Part shown: piece by piece, positions 55,735-64,000 of the stretch
Layout: each line of letters begins with the position of its first letter
How positions within the stretch are numbered: position 1 is the first letter of the stretch
Assembly: GCA_964389315.1 (NCBI GenBank)
Contig: CAYMDJ010000001.1
Span: forward strand, 543 to 64,542
Length of the DNA stretch: 64,000 nucleotides
Source: an uncultured archaeon
GTDB lineage: Archaea > Aenigmatarchaeota > Aenigmatarchaeia > QMZP01
Direction: 5' to 3'
Program-made: the position numbers and the translations under genes
Notes under the pieces: model-generated
The model's database searches: none
What the model saw: only the letters and a program-made list of their open reading frames with translations
What the model was told of the DNA's origin: nothing

Positions 55735-56874
55735 ATGTGGTTGGTCATAACAGTAGGAATCCTCACATTCACCTATCTGGTTCTCGGCCACGCGGGCATA
55801 AAAAGGACAGAGAGGGAGAGGTCCTCGCTCACTGCCCCCAAGAAGCTGCCGCTGGTTTCCATAATAATCCCTGCCTACAGGTCAGAGAAGACCATAGAAT
55901 CCACCCTGAAGTCAATAAAGTCTCTTAGATACCCGAGGAAGGAAATAATAGTGGTCAACGAATACCCGGACAGGACACCTGAAATAGCGAGGAAATACAC
56001 GAGCAAGGTCTACCACAGCAAAGAGAGGACAGGAAAGCCAAACTCCCTGAATTTGGCCCTCACCAAGGCTAGAGGAGATATTCTCTTTTTCCTTGATTCT
56101 GACACCTCGGTCATGCCAGACACGCTCAGCAGGATGGTTCCGTGGTTCTCGAAAAAGGACGTTGCCGCAGTGATGCCGAAATACCTGGTCAGGAACGACA
56201 GAAACGACCTCGCGAGGCTCGCTGGCGTGGAGAACGCGTTCACATTCGCACTGATAAAGATGAACATGTTCTTCGGCTCACTCATAGGATTCCGCGGCTG
56301 CGGGATTGCCATAAGGAGGTCTGTCATCAAGAGGCTGGGCGGGTGGCCTAACACCCTCCTGGAGGACAATGACCTCGCGGCAAGGATTGCAAAGAAGGGG
56401 ATGAAAATCCAGTGGGAGCCGCTCTCCATAATAAAGACCACAGAGCCGCCCGACAGGAAGAGGCTCAGGAACCAGAAGATACGGTGGGGCAAGGGCAGCT
56501 TCTTCAGCTATGCCCACCACTGGAAGTTCTACATGAAGGCGCCGCAGTTCCTGCTGTTCTTCTTCCCCTACCTGCTGCTGAGCATATTCATGATTGACAC
56601 CCTGCTGATAGGGACGGTGATGTCCCTCATCTATGACGCCCCGATGTTCTTCGCCTTCGTCATATACCAGATACTACTAGCCTTCCTGGCCATGCTCCTC
56701 CATTCAGTGATAATGGTCTGGTCAACCGGCGACAGGAGGGACCCACTCGAAATATTCGAGTTCGTGTTCTTCTACTTCCCCCTCACCACATACTACTACT
56801 TCCGCGGCCTCATCAAGGGGATAAGGAAGAAGAAGAGAAAGGAGCCAGAGCTCAGCTTCAAATACTGGCAGTAA
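55735..56874 (+). CDS. Membrane-bound glycosyltransferase family 2 (GT2 domain plus C-terminal TM helices).
   Basis: VSIIIPAYRSEKTIESTL ... FLDSDT ... QKIRWGKG and 4 C-terminal TM helices. Confidence 0.7.
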   Translation: MWLVITVGILTFTYLVLGHAGIKRTERERSSLTAPKKLPLVSIIIPAYRSEKTIESTLKSIKSLRYPRKEIIVVNEYPDRTPEIARKYTSKVYHSKERTGKPNSLNLALTKARGDILFFLDSDTSVMPDTLSRMVPWFSKKDVAAVMPKYLVRNDRNDLARLAGVENAFTFALIKMNMFFGSLIGFRGCGIAIRRSVIKRLGGWPNTLLEDNDLAARIAKKGMKIQWEPLSIIKTTEPPDRKRLRNQKIRWGKGSFFSYAHHWKFYMKAPQFLLFFFPYLLLSIFMIDTLLIGTVMSLIYDAPMFFAFVIYQILLAFLAMLLHSVIMVWSTGDRRDPLEIFEFVFFYFPLTTYYYFRGLIKGIRKKKRKEPELSFKYWQ

Positions 56875-56882
56875 ACCAATGT

Positions 56883-57686
56883 TCATCTACTCAGGTTCTT
56901 ATATGAAGATTTCTTTGTCCAATATGCGAGCTGAAGTATATATCCAGGAACACCACATTTGTTTGCCAAATCCAAGGAAAACTCCTCTGCCTCAATGTAG
57001 GACCTTCCCTTAAGACCAAGTTTTTTCTTTTTTGTTGATATCACGTCTGTTCCCCACCTGGGTCTATCAACCTCGACCCTAGGCATCTCAACAGGATAGC
57101 CAAGAAAATAAAGCATCTCTGCCATCCATGAATCAACCGGAACCAGATATTCTGCTCCGCACATTCTCAAGAAAATGGATGCTGTTTTCCCTCCAAACCC
57201 CCTGACATCCTTTATCATCCCCTTCCTGAGCAAAATCTCTCGCTCCCTGTTAGTTTTGATGCCCTCATTAATCCTTTCCAAAAAATCCAAGCTTTCCCAA
57301 ATCTCAGACAACTCATGAATATTGCTGGGCTTTTGTCTAAACAGCGAAACCCTCCCTTCCCTGAAAATCCTATATAATTTTTCTTCGCTCTCTCTGACAC
57401 TCTCTGGTGAGTCAAGACCCTCACTCATAAGCTGTTCAAAAAGCCTGATATGTCCAGGATAATCCTGTTGTGGGGTTAATAATGAATAAATCGCTCCACG
57501 AAAGACCCCATTGTCTGTGAGCTCTCCGTTTTCACGGACAATTTCTGACTCCCTGCTATATACTTCATGTGCCTCTCTAAAATCGTCCTCAGTAAGAATC
57601 ATATCAGAAAATCCTTCTATTTTATAGAGCCTGCCGGTTTCAGCAATCCGTTTTTCAGCCAGTCCCATGTCATACACTATTGTCAT
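56883..57686 (-). CDS. HhH-GPD DNA glycosylase (archaeal 8-oxoguanine glycosylase-like).
   Basis: KDVRGFGGKTASIFLRMCG ... VPVDSWM helix-hairpin-helix with a Gly/Pro ... Asp motif. Confidence 0.55.
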   Translation of the reverse strand: MTIVYDMGLAEKRIAETGRLYKIEGFSDMILTEDDFREAHEVYSRESEIVRENGELTDNGVFRGAIYSLLTPQQDYPGHIRLFEQLMSEGLDSPESVRESEEKLYRIFREGRVSLFRQKPSNIHELSEIWESLDFLERINEGIKTNREREILLRKGMIKDVRGFGGKTASIFLRMCGAEYLVPVDSWMAEMLYFLGYPVEMPRVEVDRPRWGTDVISTKKKKLGLKGRSYIEAEEFSLDLANKCGVPGYILQLAYWTKKSSYKNLSR

Positions 57687-57732
57687 TTTGAAAAGAAGGA
57701 AAAAAACATTAAATCATTGTATTGTTCTCAGA

Positions 57733-58482
57733 TTACTTCTTTACCCCAACGGCGGCGATAACCCTCCCGAACCTGTTGGCCAGGGGGTTGTCGTAATTGA
57801 GGCGGCTCACCTTCCTGTTCCTCGGCCTGCCTATTGACATTGAAAGGATCCTGCTCTTCATCCATAGCGGGGCGAACGCCCACCCAAAGGAGAACAGGAA
57901 TTCCCCACCTATCATTTTCTCGAACCTCATCCCGGACCTCTCCATCCTCTTCCTCAGCTCTGTCCTGGAATAGGGATACTCGTTGCCATGAATCCACGTC
58001 CCCGTCTTTTCTGCAAGGAGCTTGCCAATCCTGTATGGGGGCGACTTTATCTGGGGGACTGTTATCACAGACCTCCCTCCCCTCTTCAGGGCATTGGCAT
58101 GGACGTCCACGATTCCCTGCCTCCTCTCCCCCCTGAAGTGCTCTATCACACCCTCGCTGTGGGAGATGTCAAACCCACTCAAATCAACATCGAACGCGTC
58201 CCCGAGGACCAGCTCTCCGTCAACGCCCAGGGACCTCATCACGCGCTTCACTATCCCCAGCGCATCCCTGGAATAATCCAGGAACGTGACCTCCGCTCCC
58301 CTCCTTGCCATCATGCAGGTGCTTATCCCTGTCCCGCACCCGATCTCCACCACGCGCTTCCCCCTGTAATCAAACCTTCTCCCGAGAAGGGACTCGTATA
58401 TGCTCCATGTGTAGTTCTCCCTCTCAAACCCAATGTCCTTCATACCTGTCCAGACAGAATCCCACGAAGACTCAGATGACAT
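57733..58482 (-). CDS. SAM-dependent methyltransferase (class I).
   Basis: VVEIGCGTGISTCMMARRGAEVTFLD (motif I) plus acidic motif II. Confidence 0.7.
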   Translation of the reverse strand: MSSESSWDSVWTGMKDIGFERENYTWSIYESLLGRRFDYRGKRVVEIGCGTGISTCMMARRGAEVTFLDYSRDALGIVKRVMRSLGVDGELVLGDAFDVDLSGFDISHSEGVIEHFRGERRQGIVDVHANALKRGGRSVITVPQIKSPPYRIGKLLAEKTGTWIHGNEYPYSRTELRKRMERSGMRFEKMIGGEFLFSFGWAFAPLWMKSRILSMSIGRPRNRKVSRLNYDNPLANRFGRVIAAVGVKK

Positions 58483-58577
58483 GTCTTTAATTAGGGCCAG
58501 TTAATTTAATAACTGTTGCGAATATTGCGGCAGCCAAGAAAAAGAAAAAATTAATAAGCAAGCCGTTAACTAATATT

Positions 58578-58964
58578 ATGTCCGATATGGACGACCAATT
58601 AAAGCAACTGGTTGAAGACAATGTTGGGGCCCTTGCAAGCATAGGCGAATCCGTCAGGCCGCACAACATAGCGGTGGGTTCCTCAAAGGTCGTTTCTGAA
58701 AACCAGATTCTTGTAACTGATAATTTCATGAAGGAAACCATACAAAATATCCTGAAAAACAAAAACGTTTCTTTGTTATTCTGGAACACTGACCGGGAAA
58801 AGAGAAAGGACTGTCCTGGCTGCGAATTCAGAGGCACCGCAGAATACTTCACTTCCGGTAAATGGGTTGAAAATATTAGGGACAGATATAAAAAACAAGG
58901 CAAAACCCTGCCTGCCAAGGGAGCGATTCTCATTAAAGTGGACGATATTAAGAAATTAACATAA
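58578..58964 (+). CDS. Pyridoxamine-5'-phosphate-oxidase-like FMN-binding split-barrel protein.
   Basis: Small (128 aa). Segments ...SVRPHNIAVGSSKVVSEN..ILVTDNFM.. are typical of the PNPOx-like fold. Confidence 0.45.
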   Translation: MSDMDDQLKQLVEDNVGALASIGESVRPHNIAVGSSKVVSENQILVTDNFMKETIQNILKNKNVSLLFWNTDREKRKDCPGCEFRGTAEYFTSGKWVENIRDRYKKQGKTLPAKGAILIKVDDIKKLT

Positions 58965-59024
58965 CATGCCTTATTGCCTTCAGCCAACGCGAAAGGTATA
59001 AATTCGTAACCATGAAATATAAGC

Positions 59025-59741
59025 ATGGCAATCCGTTTTTCAGTGATAATCCCCACCTACATGGAAGAGCGCGCGATAGGAAGGACGCTGAAGCATCTGG
59101 AGCGCGCAGGGCGCGGGTACGGTATGGAAACCATAGTAGTGGATTCTGACTCTCCTGACAGGACGAGGGAGATTGCGTCCGGCCTCGGGGCCAGGGTACT
59201 TAACATCAGCAAGAGAGGCATTTCTGTTGCCAGGAACCACGGAGCCAGGCTGGCCAGCGGAGAGATTCTCATGTTCATAGACGCCGACGCAATAGTTCCC
59301 ACTAACCTCTTCGCAAGGCTTGACTCTGTCTTCTCAGAGCCTTCTGTTGCTGGGGCATCATGCAATATGATGCCAGACCCTTCGGTGAAGCCCACCCTGT
59401 TCGAATACTCCTTCTACAGGGCATGGTCAGGCATCAAGTCACTCGCACACACGATAAAGCCCTGCACGTCAGGGGAGAACGGGATAATGGTAAGGAGGGA
59501 AACCTTCAGCCGCCTGGGAGGGTTCGATGAGAGCCTCCCCGTGATAGAGGACCTGGATTTCGTCTTCCGCGCATCGAGATGCGGCAGCTTTCCCCTCCTG
59601 AGGGACCTCACGATAAAGGACTCAATCCGCAGGTTCAGGGAGCTGGGAGTCCTGGCCTTCTCAAAGACATACCTGACCAACTGGATATACTACACGTTCA
59701 TGAAGAGCAGCAGGGTAAGTGAGTGGCACCCTGTCCGCTGA
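59025..59741 (+). CDS. Glycosyltransferase family 2.
   Basis: FSVIIPTYMEERAIGRTL ... ETIVVDSDSPDRT ... FIDADA. Confidence 0.7.
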   Translation: MAIRFSVIIPTYMEERAIGRTLKHLERAGRGYGMETIVVDSDSPDRTREIASGLGARVLNISKRGISVARNHGARLASGEILMFIDADAIVPTNLFARLDSVFSEPSVAGASCNMMPDPSVKPTLFEYSFYRAWSGIKSLAHTIKPCTSGENGIMVRRETFSRLGGFDESLPVIEDLDFVFRASRCGSFPLLRDLTIKDSIRRFRELGVLAFSKTYLTNWIYYTFMKSSRVSEWHPVR

Positions 59742-61260
59742 CCTTAAACCATTATTAACGACCAAAACCAATAAGGATATAGATAACATGGAAGACGTTG
59801 TCAAGAAGCTTTCCCCGCACGAGAAGAAGGTTCTGCTCGCACTCAAGAAGCTTCAGGAGGCAGCCACGGGCGAGATAGCAAAAGAGACAGGCCTCTCTGA
59901 GGACACTGTCCACAAGGCAGGCCAGTGGGCCAGCATGAAGGGACTTGTGGAGCACAGGGAGGAGGTCGAGACAAAGGCAGAGCTCACCGAAGAGGGGAAG
60001 AGATACTCTGAGGAGGGTGTCCCCGAGAAAAAACTTCTGGAGATAGTTTCAAAGAAGACCATGTCAATACAGGAACTCAACAGGAGCGTTGATAATTTCA
60101 GCATTGCCCTTGCCTGGGCCAAGAAGAAGGGCTGGGTCCAGATGGCAGGGGGAAAGGTGAGCATAACCAAGACAGGAAGGGAAGTCCTCTCCAAGAGCAC
60201 GCCCGTTGAGGAGGGCCTCAGGGGAAACTTCCATGAGAATAATCTGGATGAGCTCAGGGCAAGGAAGCTCGTCACGGTCAGGGAGAAGAAAACGAAGATG
60301 CTCTCCCTCACAGAGAAGGGAAGGCAAATCCTTCCGCACCTCAAGGATATGAAGGCAATAAAGGAGGAGGTGGGTCAGTTGACGCCCTCCCATATAAAGA
60401 CAGGCAAGTGGAAGGACGAGGTATTCAGGGAGTATGACGTCAACACCCCTGTTCCAACGTTATACACGTCCACCATCCATCCATACGTGCAGTTCATAAA
60501 CGAGACCAGGAGGAAGATGATTGCCCTGGGATTCCATGAGATGAAGGGTCCCTTTACAGAGACAGAGTTCTGGAACATGGATGCCCTGTTCATGCCACAG
60601 GACCACCCCGCCAGGGGGATACATGACGTATTCAGGCTGAAGAAGCCCTCTAAAGGCGAGGTGAAGGATAAGATGGCCCTGGAGAGGGTAGGAAAGACGC
60701 ATAAGAATGGCTGGATAACAGGCTCCACCGGATGGGGTCACTGGAACCAGGAGCAGACACTCAATCTGGTATTGAGGAGCCACACGACCTGCGTTTCTGC
60801 CAGGACCCTCGCATCCAGGCCGGAGATTCCCTCGAAGTTCTTCACCATAGACAGGGTTTTCAGGCCGGACGTCCTTGACGCCACCCATTCCTTTGAGTTC
60901 CACCAGATGGAAGGAATAATCCTCGGGGAGAACCTCAACATAAGGAACCTGCTGGGATACCTTGAACTCTTCGGAAGGGAGGTCGCAGGAGCAGAGGACA
61001 TTCGTTTCAGGCCGGGATACTTCCCCTTCACAGAGCCATCCGTTGAGATGGACGCCAAGATAGGGGGGAAATGGGTCGAGATTGGAGGCTCGGGCATATT
61101 CAGGCCAGAGCTCACCAAACCCCTGGGGATTGATGCGAGCGTCCTTGCATGGGGTCTGGGTTTCGGGAGGCTCGCCATGATAAAGCTCGGCATAAGCGAC
61201 ATGAGGGACCTGTTCAACCACGACGTTGAGTGGCTCAGGAAGAGGAGGCTGGTGGTCTGA
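59719..61260 (+). CDS. pheS: Phenylalanyl-tRNA synthetase alpha subunit (archaeal type). The start is possibly the internal Met at about 59785.
   Basis: N-terminal winged-helix repeats, class II core FMPQDHPARG ... FRPGYFPFTEPS ... GSGIFRPE. Confidence 0.85.
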   Translation: MSGTLSADLKPLLTTKTNKDIDNMEDVVKKLSPHEKKVLLALKKLQEAATGEIAKETGLSEDTVHKAGQWASMKGLVEHREEVETKAELTEEGKRYSEEGVPEKKLLEIVSKKTMSIQELNRSVDNFSIALAWAKKKGWVQMAGGKVSITKTGREVLSKSTPVEEGLRGNFHENNLDELRARKLVTVREKKTKMLSLTEKGRQILPHLKDMKAIKEEVGQLTPSHIKTGKWKDEVFREYDVNTPVPTLYTSTIHPYVQFINETRRKMIALGFHEMKGPFTETEFWNMDALFMPQDHPARGIHDVFRLKKPSKGEVKDKMALERVGKTHKNGWITGSTGWGHWNQEQTLNLVLRSHTTCVSARTLASRPEIPSKFFTIDRVFRPDVLDATHSFEFHQMEGIILGENLNIRNLLGYLELFGREVAGAEDIRFRPGYFPFTEPSVEMDAKIGGKWVEIGGSGIFRPELTKPLGIDASVLAWGLGFGRLAMIKLGISDMRDLFNHDVEWLRKRRLVV

Positions 61261-62909
61261 TGCCTGTCATAGAGATAAGCGCCCCTGACCTCAAGGGGAT
61301 GATAGGAAGGAAGGTGGCGGACAGCGAGCTGGAGAGCGTCCTTCCCCTGAACAAGCTCGAGATAGAGGAATGGGACGGTGACAGGATAAAGATTGAGGTC
61401 ACTCCAGACAGGCCAGACCTCATGTGCACAGAGGGCATAGCCAGGCAGGTTTCCGCGTGGCTGGGGATAAGGAGAGGCCTGCCGAGCCATGTTGTCTCGA
61501 AACCAACCATATCCATGGCAGCAGGTCCTGTCAAGGCGAGACCCTGCATAGTCGCAGGCATAGCCCGTGGCCTGAATCTCAATGACGACACCGTCAGGAG
61601 CATAATGCAGCTCCAGGAACTGATTGACCTCACCATAGGAAGGGACAGGGTAAAGACAGCAATAGGCGTGCACGACGTCTCCAAGGTAAAGCCGCCGTTC
61701 TGCTACAAGGAGGTCGACCCCAAGACGGTCAGCTTCGTTCCCCTAGGATTCAAGAAAGAGATGACCATGGAGGAAATCCTCAGGAAGCATCCCAAGGGAA
61801 TCCAGTACAGGCACATCTTCGGGAACGCCAGGAAGCTGCCGATAATCCTTGACAGGAACGGCGATGTTATCTCCTTCCCTCCCATAATAAACGGGGAGCT
61901 GACAAAGGTAACAGAGGGGACCAAGGACATATTCCTTGACATAACGGGTTATGAAGAGACCCCGATAAGCTATGCCCTCAACATCCTGCTCACCTCCATG
62001 GAGATGCGCGGGGGAAGGATAGAGGCTGTCAGGATAAACAAAAAGACCTATCCGAACCTGAGGGCAAGGTCCATGAAGCTCGATACGGGTTATGTCAAGA
62101 GGATGCTCGGCTACAACCTGAAGGACAGCGAGATAAAGTCCCTCCTTGAAAGGATGAACTACGGCGTGAACATGAAGAACAGGACGGTCCTCGTCCCGCC
62201 ATATAGGTATGACATCCTCCACACCGTTGACATCATAGAGGACATAGCGATAGCATACGGCTACAATGATTTCGAGCCAGAGCTTCCAAGGCTCCCGGCC
62301 GTGGGAAGGCCGCACCCTTTCGAGGAGTTCTGCAACAGGATAAGGGAGATGATGATAGGAACGGGATTCCAGGAGGTCGTCAATTACACCCTCACGAACC
62401 CCGAGAAGCAGTTCAGGCTGATGAACGTTCCCGAGGGAGAGACCGTGGAGATAGCCAATCCCATGTCAAAGGAATACTCCCAGGTGAGGGTGTGGGCAAT
62501 CCCCTCGCTCATGGCAAACCTCGTCTCCAACAAGCACAGGAGATACCCCCAGAGGCTGTTTGAGGTCGCTGACTGCGTGCTCCCTGACCCCAAGCAGGAC
62601 GTCAGGACAAGGAACATAAGGAAGCTCGCGGGCGTGGTCAGCCACGCCAACGCCAACTTCTCTGAGATGGCAGCGATAGTCAACTCGATAGACGAGAACC
62701 TGAGTCTAATGGCGTCCAAGCAACCCTCTGACCATCCCTCCTTCATGAAGGGGAGGTGCGGCCAGATAATGAAGGGAAAGAAGACAATCGGATTCTTCGG
62801 AGAGATATCCCCGGCCATCCTCAGCAAGCTCGCGCTCAAGATGCCCGTCACGGCCTTCGAGCTTGAGCTCGACGAAGTCTACAAGCACAAGCAACCCCTT
62901 TACTGCTAA
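61260..62909 (+). CDS. pheT: Phenylalanyl-tRNA synthetase beta subunit (archaeal type). The start overlaps the pheS stop (TGATG).
   Basis: MPVIEIS... N-terminus, B3/B4 and B5 domain layout, about 550 aa. It sits directly downstream of pheS. Confidence 0.85.
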   Translation: MPVIEISAPDLKGMIGRKVADSELESVLPLNKLEIEEWDGDRIKIEVTPDRPDLMCTEGIARQVSAWLGIRRGLPSHVVSKPTISMAAGPVKARPCIVAGIARGLNLNDDTVRSIMQLQELIDLTIGRDRVKTAIGVHDVSKVKPPFCYKEVDPKTVSFVPLGFKKEMTMEEILRKHPKGIQYRHIFGNARKLPIILDRNGDVISFPPIINGELTKVTEGTKDIFLDITGYEETPISYALNILLTSMEMRGGRIEAVRINKKTYPNLRARSMKLDTGYVKRMLGYNLKDSEIKSLLERMNYGVNMKNRTVLVPPYRYDILHTVDIIEDIAIAYGYNDFEPELPRLPAVGRPHPFEEFCNRIREMMIGTGFQEVVNYTLTNPEKQFRLMNVPEGETVEIANPMSKEYSQVRVWAIPSLMANLVSNKHRRYPQRLFEVADCVLPDPKQDVRTRNIRKLAGVVSHANANFSEMAAIVNSIDENLSLMASKQPSDHPSFMKGRCGQIMKGKKTIGFFGEISPAILSKLALKMPVTAFELELDEVYKHKQPLYC

Positions 62910-62910
62910 T

Positions 62911-63025
62911 CCTGCCCCACCAGATAACAACAGGGCAGGTAACAGCAACGAATCTTCGCGTCCAGGAACAACATAATCTATCCTGGGTCCGAAAGGCTTA
63001 ACCAAAAACGGAGTCAGTAAACGAG
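62911..63025. repeat. Roughly 100-bp direct repeat, copy 1 (core CCAGATAACAACAGRGCAKGTAACAGCAACGAATCTTCG...GAACAACATAATCTATCCTGGGTCCGAAAGGCTTAACCAAAAA). It includes a degenerate copy of the 3' end of the downstream MinD-like gene.
   Basis: Aligned by eye to 63718-63840 at roughly 90% identity. The tail GTCAGTAAACGAGCC matches ATCAGTAGACGAACC, the stop and last codons of the minus-strand gene ending at 63827. Confidence 0.7.
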
Positions 63026-63091
63026 CCTGACCAAAAGCTTAAATATATAAGTTTATATATATAATATTATTAATATATATTAGGTGATTTC

Positions 63092-63370
63092 ATGAAGACC
63101 CAGACCCTTCACATGCCGAGACTTGACACCGTTCTGATGGTAGAGGACACCATAAAGAAGTTTGATTACTATCCGACAAAGAACCAGCTCTGGAGGGCCC
63201 TCCCGAAAATGGTCATGTGGCAGACATTTAATTTGATTCTGGAATACCTGGAGAAGAGCAACAAGATACTGATAACAAAGGACAAAAAGATAATGTGGGT
63301 AGCAATGGACAACAAGAAGCTAAGAAAGCTCTTCGAAACATCAGTCAAATGGGAGAAAAAAGGCAAATGA
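63092..63370 (+). CDS. Small protein (92 aa), the candidate antitoxin partner of the downstream RelE-like gene.
   Basis: ORF track. It overlaps the next ORF's start by 4 bp (ATGA). Confidence 0.35.
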   Translation: MKTQTLHMPRLDTVLMVEDTIKKFDYYPTKNQLWRALPKMVMWQTFNLILEYLEKSNKILITKDKKIMWVAMDNKKLRKLFETSVKWEKKGK

Positions 63371-63705
63371 CGACAATAAGATTATCCCAGGAATTCCTTA
63401 AGGATTTTTCTAAACTCGAAAGGCGGCTTGAAAAAGGAAGCGGAGATGCCGAACACATAATCAGGATAATAAACAGGGGTATGACCAAGCTATCCGAGAA
63501 TCCTGAGGCCGGCCAGAAAATACCAAGAAAGCTCTGGCCGGAATATTACATAAGCAAATATGACATAAACAACCTCTGGAGGCTCAGGCTTGATGACAGC
63601 TGGAGAATGATATACACGCTGGGCAAGGAAGGCATAGAAATATTCTGCATAGTTCTAGAAGCAATGGACCACAAGAAATACAACAAGAGGTTCGGATACA
63701 AATAA
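63367..63705 (+). CDS. RelE/ParE-family toxin-like protein (start MTTIRLSQEF...).
   Basis: C-terminal WRMIYTLGKEGIEIFCIVLEAMDHKKY matches the RelE-type signature (W/Y-R-x-I-Y ... hydrophobic strand ... H-R/K-K-x-Y). The track ORF 63295-63705 uses an upstream Met in the same frame. Confidence 0.5.
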   Translation: MTTIRLSQEFLKDFSKLERRLEKGSGDAEHIIRIINRGMTKLSENPEAGQKIPRKLWPEYYISKYDINNLWRLRLDDSWRMIYTLGKEGIEIFCIVLEAMDHKKYNKRFGYK

Positions 63706-63717
63706 CCTTTTTACAGA

Positions 63718-63840
63718 TAACTCTGTCGCCAGATAACAACAGAGCATGTAACAGCAACGAATCTTCGTGCCCATGAACAACATAATCTATCCTGGGTCCG
63801 AAAGGCTTAACCAAAAAAAAACAAAATCAGTAGACGAACC
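63718..63840. repeat. Roughly 100-bp direct repeat, copy 2. It overlaps the 3' end of the MinD-like gene.
   Basis: See copy 1. Confidence 0.7.
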
Positions 63841-64000
63841 GTCCGAAGAACCTGTGCAGGACAGGCCTCTTTATCTTGTATTCCATCCCAAGGATGTTGG
63901 CTGCCACTGCAAGGAACTGCTGCGACGAGAGCGCCCCGGGGTTGTGCGAAACCACAGGAGACTTCTCTGCTATCGCCTTCCTTACGTTCTGGTCCTCGTT
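63827..64000 (-). CDS. C-terminal fragment (57 codons) of a MinD/ParA-family ATPase. The gene continues beyond the window end.
   Basis: Hand translation: ...NVRKAIAEKSPVVSHNPGALSSQQFLAVAANILGMEYKIKRPVLHRFFGRFVY*. The C-terminus resembles MinD. It is not in the track because it has no in-window start. Confidence 0.4.
   Translation of the reverse strand, partial: NEDQNVRKAIAEKSPVVSHNPGALSSQQFLAVAANILGMEYKIKRPVLHRFFGRFVY

Noticed and set aside
62706-63814. Two minus-strand ORFs both starting MVKPFGPRIDYVV (62706-63005 and 63584-63814).
   Set aside because: Their shared N-termini are created by the roughly 100-bp direct repeat. Downstream they diverge into low-complexity sequence, so they are repeat artefacts, not genes.
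1-64000. Search for CRISPR arrays, tRNA or rRNA genes.
   Set aside because: No regularly spaced short direct repeats were seen beyond the two repeat pairs reported. No cloverleaf-compatible 70-90-nt segments or rRNA-like conserved stretches were recognised in intergenic regions. Small tRNAs cannot be fully excluded by eye.

Overview
The coding style and gene content (family-B DNA polymerase, Orc1/Cdc6, Hjc resolvase, archaeal-type PheS/PheT and GlyRS, NAC-alpha, a prepilin peptidase with a GGDxKL motif, frequent AGG/AGA arginine codons, TTTAAATA-type promoters, operonic 1-20 bp gene overlaps) point to an archaeal chromosome. The window divides into two parts.

(1) Coordinates 1 to about 33,800 form an accessory-looking island. 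It is dominated by a giant cell-surface glycoprotein gene that runs off the window edge (over 3,100 codons) and is missing from the ORF track. Upstream of it on the same strand lies a roughly 23 kb run of genes. These include ten radical-SAM enzymes (several with C-terminal SPASM-type Cys clusters, one with a B12-binding domain, four sharing an unusual CNNNCxxC cluster motif), a GT-C membrane glycosyltransferase, two GT2 glycosyltransferases, a Thr-type sulfatase-fold (alkaline-phosphatase superfamily) ectoenzyme, an archaeal prepilin peptidase, a PP-loop TtuA-like ATPase, an AsnB-like adenylating enzyme that lacks the Cys nucleophile, a DUF362 protein, and further secreted N-glycosylated Cys-rich proteins. 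It also includes a 90-aa ORF ending in six tandem His-Xaa-Ser triplets, placed 29 bp upstream of a radical-SAM/SPASM enzyme. That pairing is the strongest candidate for an undescribed (archaeal, His-Xaa-Ser-like) peptide or protein post-translational modification system.

(2) Coordinates 33,800 to 64,000 are housekeeping genes: NAD(P)HX dehydratase, aldehyde dehydrogenase, ADP-forming acyl-CoA synthetase alpha, an aminotransferase, Hjc, a putative oriC with an ORB-like element upstream of orc1/cdc6, polB, a Ca-ATPase with a Na/Ca exchanger, GlyRS, PheST, and glycosyltransferases. Two small insertions break this stretch. One is a free-standing double-LAGLIDADG homing-endonuclease gene, flanked by a 46-bp perfect direct repeat, immediately downstream of an intein-less polB. 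The other is a RelE-like toxin cassette flanked by about 100-bp direct repeats.

No rRNA or tRNA genes and no CRISPR arrays were recognised.
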